64,000 nt of DNA from Octopus vulgaris. Taxonomy: Eukaryota. The notes below the pieces were generated by a model that was given only the letters and a program-made list of their open reading frames with translations, was not told where the DNA came from and made no database searches. Both the position numbers and the translations under genes were made by a program. Within the stretch, counting starts at the first letter, position 1. Each line of letters starts with the position of its first letter. Shown one piece after another: positions 27,636-39,693 of the stretch. Location: positions 43,710,001-43,774,000 of the forward strand of contig OX597816.1 in NCBI GenBank assembly GCA_951406725.2, written 5' to 3'.

Positions 27636-27975
27636 TCGAGAGAGAGAGAGAAAGGTGAAGAGCAGTTAAACATGCGCTTAAACTTGTCACGCCGTTTTCC
27701 CGCTGTAGCAGGAATAGGTTAAACGTCATCCTTGCTCGATTCCCGGCCAAGCGGTTACGAATCAGATACTTAGAAAAAGCAGAAGCATCCGATTCTGTCC
27801 ATTAGCTTGCCTACAATCGTTACTTTATTATTTTTTTCCTCGGAAGCCAAGGAGAAGAGTAAAGCTAGAGACAGGCACCCCGGTCTGAGACGACTAAACG
27901 ACAATTGCAGCTGGCTCGAATAGGAAAGGGCAATAACCTTAAGCCAAAAAAAAATAATAACTTCTCGGGATGATA

Positions 27976-28021
<46 letters not shown>

Positions 28022-28842
28022 TCGGTATGCTGAGTGCTTTGCGCGAGATACGTAGCCCTTGAATTATGTTAGTACATTTCTGCTGATTAAGGATATGTGT
28101 GTGTGCGTGCCTGTCTGTGTGTGTGCATATGTGTGTACGTGAAAAGATACGAGTTTCTAACAAAGATCGTAAAAATGTCATATAAACGTACACACAAACA
28201 TGTATGAATAACTCAATAAGAATAGATTCGATTACACCAAAATCCATATAAATAATTTGGGGACAATTTCTATAATCTACCACTTGAATTTTTTAAAAAG
28301 CGTCGTTTTCTGAATTACTAAATCATCTTTAGTAGAAATCTTAATGACGATCTTAGCTGTCAACTGCACAGACACGTCCTCAGACAAAAGGCGTCATTGA
28401 TAATGCGTCATCATGTCTTATTTGTATTGAATCTTCATTGCATTTACGTGATTTAACACTTTTTGACAGCAGATATTTTATTGTTTTCGTTTATTAAAAG
28501 TATCGCTTTTGTCTCTTGTCAAAGAAAGATGTAACTTCACATTATTGTTTGTTATTATATATTTATCTTTGTATTGTTTGTAAACGTATTAACATACCAT
28601 ATTTTCTTTATTGGAAGTCTAGCCGCAATTATTAATGCTCTTGTTGCAATATATGAGGATGTGTCTAATAATATCTGACCAAAATAATAAAGTCTACTTA
28701 AAAATTGTGTTGTGTGCTTTTATATGCGTTTGAACACTCAGACAAACACACGCGCAGACATATTTATTTTTGTTAGCTGTGTGTATACATGCACATCTCT
28801 CTTTCCCCTTCTCTCTTCCCTCTCGCTCTCTATTTATCTCTC

Positions 28843-28881
<39 letters not shown>

Positions 28882-28884
<3 letters not shown>

Positions 28885-29198
28885 TAGAAAAATGAAATAT
28901 CTTTTTATGGATAATTCGTTTAACCGATACCTGGGTAGCAACTTCACATCAGAAATAACACGGTTGAAGTTACGTGCCTAGGGCAGAGACTACGTGTTTT
29001 CGTGAGAGCAGTCATCTAAAAGTTTTTGTGAATCTTGTTGTTGACATAAATTCCTTGTTTTTCCTGATGAGAAAGCGGCATAATGTACTCTTTATTCCTT
29101 CAAAATTAGGAATATGCAGCCTTCGAAACATATGTCGAAAATAAAGGAAATTTGTTAATTTGTCGTTCAACTCCATTCTTTCATTTATTCATAAATTT
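28882..29198 (+). mobile_element. Short non-coding insert in (TA)n, likely a solo PLE terminal repeat; homologous to 61103-61275
   Basis: (TA)n on both sides; contains an HHR; shares ACCGATACCTGGGTAGCAA and TTAGGAATATGCAGCCTTCGAA with the second copy. Confidence 0.7.
29048..29153 (+). ncRNA. Type I hammerhead ribozyme with canonical core
   Basis: TTCCTTGTTTTTC-CTGATGA-GAAAGCGGCATA...TATGCAGCCTTC-GAAA-CATATG-TC-GAAAATAAAGGAA: long helix I, helix II 10/12 paired, palindromic ACATATGT, GUC site at 29134-29136. Confidence 0.85.
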
Positions 29199-29208
29199 TA
29201 TATATATA

Positions 29209-29845
29209 CTAGCAGTATCGCCCGGCGTTGCTCGGGTTTGTAAGGGAAATAACTATATAAGCATTTTTAGAGAGTTATAGCCAAAAAATAGCAAAAAATG
29301 CATTAAAAATGGAAAAAATATGATGGTAAATTTTTTTTTAAATCGTTGACTCATCGTAGACATTTTTAGAGAGTTACTTCCCTTATATAATAGCGAAAAA
29401 ATGCATTAAAATGGAAAAAAAACGATGGTAAATTTTTTTTTAAATCGTAGACTCATGTAGACGCTTTCTTAGCCATTTCTGTTTTGGTGTCTTCAAGCCA
29501 TGAAGTCGTTGTTCTAAAAGAACACTGGTCTCCTTGACAACGCATTACGACGTTGATTTCCTTACACTCCCTTCCCCACAGGTGCAGGTGTGAGCGTGGA
29601 CGCCAACTCCGCCGCCATCGACACACGAAAAATTATGCATTAAAATGGAATAAAAAATGATGTTAAATTATTTTTAAAATCGTAGACTCATCGTAGACGC
29701 GCGCTAATATTCAGACGGGCTCGATATGAATCACGACTATAAGCTACCCGAATTTGGTTAAACTGTACCGCAAAATGTGGGAGTAGTTAGGAATCTAAAT
29801 CGAAGGGGACAGACACTCACACAACTACAGTTTTATATATATAGA
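29209..29845 (-). mobile_element. Non-autonomous Helitron with three ~100-bp internal subrepeats
   Basis: Minus strand starts A|TC and ends with hairpin CCCGAGCAACGCCGGG followed by CTAG|T; no TSD. Confidence 0.85.
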
Positions 29846-29869
29846 TATACATAGCGCAGTAGTGGTGAG

Positions 29870-30225
29870 ATATGACAGCAAAGAAAAGCATACATTCACT
29901 CTCTGCATGCAATTAGACTCGGAAAGTTCATGAGGAACCCATTGACCCAATTTGCTGACTTTTCCGATAGCACACAGGTGTCAATGAATGGTTGAATGAC
30001 CAAATCCAAGCTTCTCTGCTAGTTCCTCAACAGTTACGATGATATTTTGTTCCACCAGGGTTTTCAGGATGTCCTTGTCGAGTTCTACAGATCTTTCCGG
30101 ATGAGGCTCGTCTTCTAGGCTGTAGTTTATGGCTCGGGATTTCTGGAACCACCATTGACACTGCCTTACGCTTATTGTCCAATCCCCATATACTGCATTA
30201 ATATTTCTTGTACTTTGCACACATT
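29870..30225 (-). pseudogene. Mariner transposase N-terminal fragment
   Basis: HTH region NINAVYG...CQWWFQK...SLEDEP, in-frame stop, then GKVSKLGQWVPHELS (mariner WVPHEL motif). Confidence 0.9.
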
Positions 30226-30413
30226 TATATTCTGTTATTCTTTTATATGTTTCAGCCTTGAGGTTGTGGCCATGCTGGATCATGTGTGTGTGTGTGTGTG
30301 TGTGTCTATCTGTCTGTCTGTCTGTATGTATATATGTATATGTATGTGTGTGAACAATAATATTTTCAACAGATGTGTTGCAAATGTATCTGATTGTTCT
30401 CAAGCTTCAATAC

Positions 30414-30533
30414 TGTGTGTGTGTGTATGTGTGTGTGTGTATGTATGTATGTATATGTATGTATGTATGTATATGTATGTATGTATGTATGTGTGTATGT
30501 ATGTATGTGTGTGTGTATGTATGTGTGTGTGTA

Positions 30534-30570
<37 letters not shown>

Positions 30571-30596
30571 ATGTATGTATGTATGTATGTATGTAT
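30414..30596. repeat. (GT)n/(GTAT)n microsatellite
   Basis: Direct reading. Confidence 0.95.
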
Positions 30597-31579
30597 GAGT
30601 GTATGTTTACTTTATTACTAATTACTCTCTTCCAAGAACATTTTCACTCACTCTTAGCTCTTAGCTTCCCATACATTTTACTCATATATCTATCAGCGTC
30701 ATAGACTGAATACTTTCACTTTAGTCTTCCTCAAATCACTCTGTCGCTATTTACTTTCATTTTATTCGTTGCCCACTGTGTGTGTGCGTTTGCGTGTGGT
30801 GTAAACCAGACTAAGAAAAGCATTTGACACACACACCAGAATGTGAGTTTTCTGTAAATTTTGCTTAATTGGAGTTTAAATTTTAAAAACTGGACCTGGC
30901 ATGACGCGATGCATTGTACTCTCAAAAATGCCAGGTAAATTGTAATTGAAGAAATCCTATATTGTAGATTTGTATAACTCCCAAAGGGAGGCAGATAAAA
31001 TCTGCCTTTTATAATAAGAGATATATATATATATATATATATATATCTTTATATTCGTCAGAGGAAGAGGGAGAGTAAGATCGGTAAGCTGATAATTCTT
31101 GTATCGTAATTTTAAATCAACTGCTGACGTATACATTTTTAAAGTTGGGTAACATATTTTTACATATAGATATGAATGACTGAAAAACGAAAACCCTTTT
31201 GACAATGCGTTGCATATTCATCTGTTCAATAGCCATACACAGATCTTTTGGTATCAACTTTTGCTTTGCTTTGAATCACGTTATAGTTTTACGTCTTTAG
31301 CATCATATCAGTACGTAAAACACATGAAAACGAAAGACAAAATGATTATAGTTAGTCTTCATGAACAGATAAATGTTCAATTCTACGACCATATTTTAAG
31401 AAATAGTAGGGTTTTTTTTGTAAGCCATTAGACTGTTTCTCATTGAAATTTACTCAATGAATAGAAATACCGTTTACAAGCATTCAATAATCTAAATCTT
31501 TGAATCATTTCCAAAATTTCAGAGACCAATAATTAGATGCTTTTCTTTTCTGAGGAGGGTTAATCACACCAATAGCCCG

Positions 31580-31720
31580 GTGGTACTCAATTACACACGA
31601 GTATGATGGAGCAACATGAATTGAAATACCTTGCACAGGATCACAAACTGTGACGCAGTCCACGAATGGATATCGCACCCTTATGTCATAAGCCGAGCAC
31701 TTTAACTAGTAGGCCACGAA
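31580..31720 (-). mobile_element. Degenerate SINE family D head
   Basis: TGGAGCAACATGAATTGAAATACCTTGCACAGG...TAACTAGTAGGCCACG. Confidence 0.55.
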
Positions 31721-33013
31721 AAATGTGTAAAATGTACAATTATTTCAATTAACCGCAAATCCGCCAGAAGAGGTGGCGCCAACCACCGCTTCGCGCTTTA
31801 GAACTTAGCTGGAATCATTTGATTCCGGGTACGCATAGGAAGAAAAAATTTATATATTTTATTAGCATTTTGTTGACCTTCGCAATTGGCAGGGTATTTT
31901 GCATTATATATGTATTATAAATATAAAATATGTGTTATATATACAATCATTAAATTATATATAATATGAACGAACTTTCTTGTGTTTTCTTGTGCACGTG
32001 AACCCCATTGCATGGAAGTATTATTTGGAAGGAAACCGGACCATGATGTATAATGTGTTGGGCACCACTGCTCTATAATATAATTTACCTGTATAGTTTT
32101 CTATTACTAATGTCTACACAGTGAAGCTTCTTTATCATAAAGTTTACCTACGACTACGTATCACGTACGAATATAGTATTACATATCGTATTACGAAAAG
32201 CGTATCTTCGGCTGCTACAGTTGTGAAGTGTTAATTTATATTAATATTCAACGAAAGACTAATATACACCGTATTAAACTGAATCTAAAAGAATATTCAT
32301 TTACTGAATCCTTGACACTTTTCACCAAACAAAATGATAGATCATTTCTAGTTGTCTACACTGAGGCAAGAATGACACCGTCATCAGTTAAACGATTACT
32401 TCTGTAACGAATGTCTCTTGATTATTTAGATGCAGCAGCAATGTCTTTATATTAAAAAGCCGATATATTTCAGTGTTCTGTATATCTATTCCACATTAAA
32501 TCTTAACAGACTTGTGACGTGTTCTTTCTCACCTAACCTCGTTGACGTTGGTATAGCGCCTTTGCAGTCTATAATCAATCATTTACCATCTTAGCATTTC
32601 TATTTATTATTACAGACAAAAGAAAAACAAACAAACGAAAAGGTGTGTTTCAATCATATGGCATGGTATATCCTTAGATAAATAAGAAACGACGTTGAAT
32701 GGAACGTTACAAAAACATACAAAACATTTCAAGTATAAAGTTTTCTCACTTACGAGATAGATACTGAGAAAAGACGTGCAAGAATTTTGCTTTTTCATAC
32801 GATGAAATTCATTTATTTATTCTAGCTGTTAATACCTTTTACGTAGAATGAAAAAGAATCATCTTTGAAAGAAAATAAATTTTAAAAAGAAAGACAGAAT
32901 CAAGAATATGTGTGAACAAGTTGAAGGCTTCAATATCTTAACCTATGTAAAATGCTTCGCCGTGAACTGCTTCATATATTTTTTTTTATTTGGACAACAA
33001 ACACAGACACACT

Positions 33014-33058
<45 letters not shown>

Positions 33059-33283
33059 TCTCTGTATCTCTCTCGTGCGTAAACACACAGATTTACGCGG
33101 TGAACATTAGTTAAAAACTTCTTCTTGTGCGTGCGTGTGTGTGTGGGTATAGAACCTCGTCAGCCAAATACCAAACTATTCACTGTTAAGTAGGATATGA
33201 AGATTACTATTCGGCATTAATCCCGAATCGGTCAGTAATATTTACAAATACGCAAACGGCTTGAACGTGCGCACACACACACT

Positions 33284-33341
<58 letters not shown>

Positions 33342-33342
<1 letters not shown>

Positions 33343-33670
33343 TAGGGAATATAATTCCAAAGTTACAGGGAAAAATTCAATTTAGCAATTCTAAATCAAA
33401 TTTCACAATATATAATATATGTATATAGTTAAGAGAAATAACCTCTATTAAGCAATACTGAAAGATATTATCTATATTATATAGAAAAAATTTAAATATA
33501 CTATAATAAATATTATTAAAAAAATCAATATTAACTATACATGAAATTGACTACGCGCGTTTCGTGACTATAACTTTAAATCTGTAATAATAAAATCGAT
33601 ACTATTAAAATTAAAATTAATTCGATTAAAAAATATAGCTACTCTTCAGTTCTAAAATAATAAAATAAAT
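33342..33670 (-). mobile_element. AT-rich insert between microsatellites, likely a solo PLE terminal repeat
   Basis: Flanked by (TA)(GA)n and TA-rich repeats; contains an HHR core. Confidence 0.5.
33546..33655 (-). ncRNA. Type I hammerhead ribozyme, partly decayed, long helix II
   Basis: Minus strand CTGAAGA-GTAGCTATA...TATAGTCAC-GAAA-CGCGCG-TA-GTCAAT; palindromic ACGCGCGT; helix I poorly paired. Confidence 0.6.
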
Positions 33671-34013
33671 GTATGTATATACATATATATATATATGTAT
33701 ATATATATATGTATATATATATATCGGTATAAGTGTGTATGTTTATTTAAACACATACAGAGAATTATGTGCAAATATTTGTTAATTTGTGTCATTGATT
33801 ATTTGTGTCACTGTTTTACTTTGTCTCTTGTATGTAGTGATGGCCACAATTGCCATGTGAATAGTTTTACTGTGTTAACATATGATGGAGTGTGATATTT
33901 ATGTATCAGAATTTAGTATATCTACTGACGTTTTGTAAATATGTTTGGCAGCTATGTGTTCCCTGTTGCATGGCATGTGTGCTCACGCGCATTTAATAAT
34001 AATAATAATAATA

Positions 34014-34047
<34 letters not shown>

Positions 34048-34297
34048 GCGTGTTTGAGTGTGTTTTTAAATTTAGACAGATGAACTGTGTGTCCGTTTGA
34101 TGTGAGTGCAATTTCTTGTGACCACGTCTTGTCAAATTACTTCAGTACTGAACAGGACCCCTATTGTTTGGGCAGGAATTTCAAAAACGTGTTGACAAAA
34201 TTTTGACTGCTATTTTAAGAGATGAATTACGTCAGTTGTATGCACTGTCCTTGTTTGTGTTTATCAATTCGTCCATCCATCTCTCTAGTAATATCAA

Positions 34298-34298
34298 C

Positions 34299-34334
<36 letters not shown>

Positions 34335-34335
34335 A

Positions 34336-34417
<82 letters not shown>

Positions 34418-34600
34418 GTCTGTCTGTCTCTCTGTCTATCAATCTGTCTGTCTATCTATATATCAGTCTGTCTGTCTATCTATATATCAGTTTGTCTGTC
34501 TATCTATATATCAGTCTGTCTGTCTATCTATATATCAGTCTGTCTGTCTATCTCTATATCAGTTTGTTTGTCTATCTATATATCAGTCTGTCTGTCCATC
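34298..34600. repeat. (TCTG)n(TCTA)n microsatellite grading into a 24-bp minisatellite TCTGTCTGTCTATCTATATATCAG (~7 copies)
   Basis: Direct reading. Confidence 0.9.
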
Positions 34601-35412
34601 CATACATACACCCTGCCTCTCTGTCTCTCTCTCTCTGACTCTTTCACTCTATCTATCTATCTACTTGTCTGTCTATGTATCTGTCTCTCACTTTCTCTCT
34701 TTGTATCTCTTTTCTCTCTCTCTCTTTGTTTTTTCTCTGTGTGTGTAAATCCCGTGACATTCATAAATACTCATGAATCAAATTTCCTTATGTAGTCATT
34801 TTTGCAACTTTGCTTCAAAGAAGTAAGGAAATTGGTAACCCTTTAAGCAATATTAGAAAGGTGTGTTCGAAATATAAATGGTTGTCCAGAAGTTGCATAT
34901 GTGAACTGTATTGTGAAATTAGAATATACTCATTGAAAAGAAGTGTTTAAGAGCATTACTAAAGGCTCCATTTGAAATACATGCATATACATATATACAT
35001 AAATATGAATATGCGCTAGCACAATGACCCACACGCATGCGCACGAACAAAAATAAACAAAAAGAACATAGCTCGGATAACGGACAGAGTCAACGACTGT
35101 TGAAAAGTTGCAAAACGCAACGAAAAGTTTAGAAAAAATTTTAGAATATGTAAATGAATGGAAATCGAACCGGTGAGTGTGTTAAATAATAAATCACTAA
35201 AAGAGAACGAATCTCCCCAGATAAATAATATATATATGTGTGTATGTGTGTGTATGGGGGTGTGTGTGGGTGCGTGTGGAAAATAAGGTACTGATAAACC
35301 GTAGCGACTCCAAGACAGACAGACAGACATATATATACATGTGTACATTATATATATATATGTGTGTGTGTATATATATATATGCACATATATATGTGTG
35401 TATGTATGCATG

Positions 35413-35447
<35 letters not shown>

Positions 35448-35450
35448 ATG

Positions 35451-35504
<54 letters not shown>

Positions 35505-35633
35505 TAAAAAGAATTCCAACCTTGTCTGATTTTCACGTTTTATTTACAATCTTATAATGATATATTATAAGATAATATATTATAATTGAATAAAATAAAA
35601 TGAAATAGTAGAATGTTAAATATTCATTCTGAT

Positions 35634-35678
35634 TGAACTAGTACATTCATGCATTGAATTCTGCAATCTTCGGGTTCA
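35634..35678 (-). ncRNA. Minimal type I hammerhead ribozyme of the PLE terminal repeat, variant core
   Basis: Minus strand TGAAC-CCGAAGA-TTGCA-GAATTCAA-TGCAT-GAAT-GTAC-TA-GTTCA; perfect 5-bp helix I, palindromic GTAC. Confidence 0.7.
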
Positions 35679-35741
35679 TGTAGTAGTGTTGACAGTCATG
35701 CTTCACAATTTTTGACTGTAGCAAGATGATTGATTCTGTGC

Positions 35742-35860
35742 TATAAATACAGCTGGGAGAGGCTCCAGAGTGCTAGGTTTTGCAAACTGTATTCTGACCA
35801 ATCAGTGTGTAGTATCACTCAATTACTTAAGTTGATTGGTTGGTTGAGCTGATTGGTTTA
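35742..35860 (-). promoter_or_regulatory. Putative PLE terminal-repeat promoter
   Basis: Three CCAAT/ATTGG motifs upstream of TATTTATA, about 65 nt upstream of the HHR on the minus strand. Confidence 0.35.
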
Positions 35861-36158
35861 GGCATCACGCTTTGTTGGACATGTCAAGAGTCCTGTATCT
35901 TGACCCTGGACGAAGCAGCAATTGTTGAGTTATTTTTAGAAATGTTGTAAATATCCTTTGTCAGAGATTTTTATATTTATATATTTCAATTGTCAGCACC
36001 TTAATTATTGTTGCTAGTGGTGATGGTGGTGGCAATAGAATTTTTAACCCTAAATAAGATAATTTTCCTGCTATCTTCATCTTGATCACCTTTAGTATTG
36101 TTGTTGCTGTTAGTGGTCATGGTCGTAGCAGTGGAAGTAATACCTCTAAGTATTATTA

Positions 36159-37013
36159 TTATTGCTTATTTAGCTTGGGTTCGAATTTATCAATAAAATT
36201 CTTTTCTCTGATTTTCCTCTCGATTTCACTTGGGCTGTGTAATTTGTAGAATGGAAATATTATATATATTTTCCGACCACATGTTGCTAGGTGGTTACTC
36301 AAAGGTATCTGACGGACCTCTGGGTCTCTAATCTGTTGCCGGTGTACACGTGAGCGTTCTAATAGTGCGTTTCCCGTCTGACCTACATATATTTCTTCAC
36401 AATTTGGGCATTTGATGCAGTAAATTAAATTTCTGCTTTTGCAGTTCATATTCGCGTTTGTGAATATTTTCCCGGTTTTTGTGTTTATATATTGACCGGT
36501 ATGTATGAATTGGCATGTGCCACATCGGCTATCATTGCATTTAGATACCGTGAATGTTTGGTCTTTGTTGCTGAGGTCAAATTTTGCCTTTGTTAGTAAT
36601 GTTTTCAAGTTTTTAGGCTGTCTTTTACTAAGCACCATAGCTCGATCCGTGATTATGTCTTTTAATTCATTACTTTGGGCAATGATTGGTAGGTTTGCTT
36701 TGGCAATGTTGAAGATATTCTGGTGACATGGGTTGTGTGTCACTATGAATGGTATGACTTGTTCTTGTTTTCCTCTTCCTTGGGTTGTCCTAAGTTGTTG
36801 TATGGGTATTTTTATAGCCCGCTGTATGCCATTTTCTATAAGTAGAGATGGGTATTTTTGTTTGAGCAAAAATTCTCTTAGTTCTATTAGGCGTTTGTTC
36901 CTGATATTTGCATCTTCTACAATAGTACAAATTCTTCTGGCTAGGCAGTATGGGATGTTACGTTTTGTATGTGGTGGATGGCACGATTTAAAATTTAGGT
37001 ATTGATGTGTGTC
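36159..37013 (-). CDS. PLE polyprotein C-terminal part: RT thumb, Cys-rich linker, GIY-YIG endonuclease (no start, truncated)
   Basis: Uninterrupted frame extending the 236-aa ORF upstream: DTHQYLNFKSCHPPHTKRNIPYCLARRIC; CNDSRCGTC; NCKSRNLIYCIKCPNCEEIYVGQTG; ends IREKNFIDKFEPKLNKQ*. Confidence 0.9.
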   Translation of the reverse strand, partial: DTHQYLNFKSCHPPHTKRNIPYCLARRICTIVEDANIRNKRLIELREFLLKQKYPSLLIENGIQRAIKIPIQQLRTTQGRGKQEQVIPFIVTHNPCHQNIFNIAKANLPIIAQSNELKDIITDRAMVLSKRQPKNLKTLLTKAKFDLSNKDQTFTVSKCNDSRCGTCQFIHTGQYINTKTGKIFTNANMNCKSRNLIYCIKCPNCEEIYVGQTGNALLERSRVHRQQIRDPEVRQIPLSNHLATCGRKIYIIFPFYKLHSPSEIERKIREKNFIDKFEPKLNKQ

Positions 37014-37018
37014 TTATA

Positions 37019-37071
<53 letters not shown>

Positions 37072-37599
37072 TCGCATTAGAAAATTCTTCGATTTCACAA
37101 ATTAAGGTATATATGCCCTTTGAAATACGTGACTATTTTCCATCAGTATGTGTATTCGTGTATATGTTTGTCTGTAAATATATGCACATGTTTGTGGGCG
37201 TGTATGGTTATTTTTGTTTAGATGTTGTTTCTCCTTACTTCCCATTCTAGTTTGGCTATTATTTTTCTGTTTTGAATATGAGACAGAAATGTATGAAATT
37301 CTTCAGAAATACTTTGATAAACAGACATCATTGAAATCTCATTACAAAGGATTTTTGTTTCAAAATACTACGATATCGTAATCGTTTCTAACTCTGATGA
37401 AATAAAGTGGGATGCATAATTGTTTTGTCACGTAGTTACAGATTCTTGTGAGTGTATTTGTTTGGTTTTCTTAGCTCTCATTAAAAAGTAAAACTTGCTT
37501 CATCCCGGAAAATTTTCCTTTACATCTGAGAACTGACAATTGTTGTTAATAAGAGGTGATACAAGTTATTCCTTAAACTGTCTAATATTATACAAACTA

Positions 37600-38037
37600 T
37601 GGCGGCGAGCTGAGAGAATCGATATCGCACCGGGAAAATGCCAAGCCTCGTTTCATCCGTTTTTACCTTCTGAATACTGCAGATGTGGACTTTTCCTTTC
37701 ATTCTTTCAGGGTCGATAAAATAAGTACCAGTTAAGCACTGGGGTGCACGTAATCGACTTACCCCTCCACCGAAATTGCCAGCCTTGCGCCAAAATTTGA
37801 ATTCAATATTGCATAATCTATGGCGGCGAATCGTTAGCGCTCCGGGGAAAATGTTTAGCAGCATTTCGTCCGTCTCTTCGTTCTGAGTTCAATTTCCACA
37901 GTGGCCGACTCTACCCTTCATTCTTCCGCTTTTGATAAAATAAGCACCAGTTTAGTACTGGAGAGCTGATGCAATTGACTTATCCCCACCACCGCCTCCG
38001 AAACTGCTGGCTTTGTGCCAAAACTTGAAGCCAATAT
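37600..38037 (+). mobile_element. Two tandem SINE family A copies
   Basis: Heads GGCGGCGAGCTG and GGCGGCGAATCGTTAGC. Confidence 0.85.
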
Positions 38038-38056
38038 CACATAAACTACGCAAGAC

Positions 38057-38445
38057 TCTCTTTGCTCTTTACTCTTTTACTTGTTTCAGTCATTTGACTG
38101 CGGCCATGCTGGAGCACCGCATTTAGTCGAGCAAATCGACCCCGGGACTTATTCTTTGTAAACCCAGTACTTATTCTATCGGTCTCTTTTGCCGAACTGC
38201 AAAGTGACGGGGACGTAAACACACCAGCATCAATTGTCAAGCAATGCTAGGGGGACAAACACAGACACACAAACATACACACACACACTTATATATATAT
38301 ATACATATATACGACGGGCTTCTTTCAGTTTCCGTCTACCAAATCCACTCACAAGACACTTGCCCAAGATGCCACGCAGTGGGACTGAACCCGGAACCAT
38401 GTGGTTGGTTAGCAAGCTACTTACCACACAGCCACTCCTGCGCCT
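38057..38445 (-). mobile_element. Young SINE family B with a ~35-bp internal deletion
   Basis: Near-identical to the reverse complement of 39694-40112. Confidence 0.9.
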
Positions 38446-39091
38446 GTGGATAAACAACTTTGTGTTATACTTCATAATACCCCCATATATAGGCTTCTGA
38501 TATATAGTTCTGTGTATCAATGGTAAATAACAATTTGCCTATACAAATGTAAACTACATTTGGAATCACTCGAATTTTAGTTATTAGATTGTTTGGTACT
38601 TTACTCCACTTTACTCCAACGAAGATATTTGGATTCATTTGTGCTGCATTCATAACAACAACGTCTTTTATGTCTTCTTGGGTCTTCGTTCAATTGAGCT
38701 CATGTCTCATAGGTTACCATTCATTATTACGAGTGATGTCAGCACTTCTAGTTTTATCAGCCACTTTCTAGATCCGTGTCTTACAATCCTGCTCTTCCTT
38801 TTTTTTATAAAGCTATCAATAAAATAAATTACGCACACAGAATGAAAATATTCTAAAGCATCTTATATGTTTGATGTGGAGATTTGGAGAAAATATGCGA
38901 ACATTTCTGCTATATTGTTACATCTTTGGCACTGCAATATTCATAAATTGTATCATAATCCTTAAGTTCTAGCAGGTTACAAAAATAACAATTGAAGCAT
39001 TCTTGATAAATTAAAGAATATGTAAATAAAACTTAAATTGGATAAATACTTAGTCCTTATTCATGTGAGCAGCAGTAGTTATTTCCATAGT

Positions 39092-39309
39092 TATTCTTTT
39101 ATTCTTTTACTTGTTTCGGTCATTTGACTGCAGCCATGCTGGAGCACCACTTTGAAGTATTTTGGTCAAAGAAATCGACCCCAGGACTTTTTTAAAGGAT
39201 AGTACTTATTCTATCGAACTCTTTTGCCGAACTGCTAGATTAGGGGGCGTAAGCACACCAACACCGATTATCAAGCGATGATTGGGCACAAACACACACA
39301 CATACACAA

Positions 39310-39378
<69 letters not shown>

Positions 39379-39665
39379 GTTAATCCAAACATGAAAACAC
39401 AAAGAGAAAGCACAACAACGCGAGGACGTAGAACAAGCATAGTGTTATTGGACGCTCAAGAAAGAAAGGTGGAGGATTTAACGTTTCGAGCGAAGCTCTT
39501 CATATATATATATATATATATATGACAGGCTTCTTTCAGTTTCCGTCTACGAAGTCCACTCGCAAAGGTATATTAGAAGATACTTGCCCAAGGTGCCACA
39601 CTAGGACTGAACACGGAGTATGTGGTTGGGAAACAAGCTTCTTACCACACAGCCACATTTGCACC
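39092..39665 (-). mobile_element. SINE family B carrying a PLE-like insert (39374-39502) in its internal microsatellite
   Basis: B tail and head on either side of the (TA)n-flanked insert. Confidence 0.85.
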
Positions 39666-39693
39666 TGTTGATTGTTACCTTATCTTCTCAGTA

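Larger units (their letters stand above)
35501..37013 (-). mobile_element. 5'-truncated Penelope-like retroelement (Neptune-like) flanked by (TA)n
   Basis: RT thumb plus GIY-YIG ORF, 3' non-coding region with CCAAT/TATA-like motifs and an HHR; (TA)n on both sides. Confidence 0.9.

Noticed and set aside
31550-31585. CTGAGGA followed by a GGGTTA/TAGCCC stem
   Set aside because: No GAAA or cleavage triplet follows.
31980-32078. hAT MITE right end TTGGGCACCACTG
   Set aside because: No matching left terminus identified.
32335-32392. Minus-strand CTGATGA...GAAA hammerhead candidate
   Set aside because: Helix II only partly paired and no helix I.
33197-33245. ATGAAGA-hairpin-GTAA hammerhead-like motif
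   Set aside because: Both core strands are mutated and there is no helix I; it may be a relic but is not supportable.
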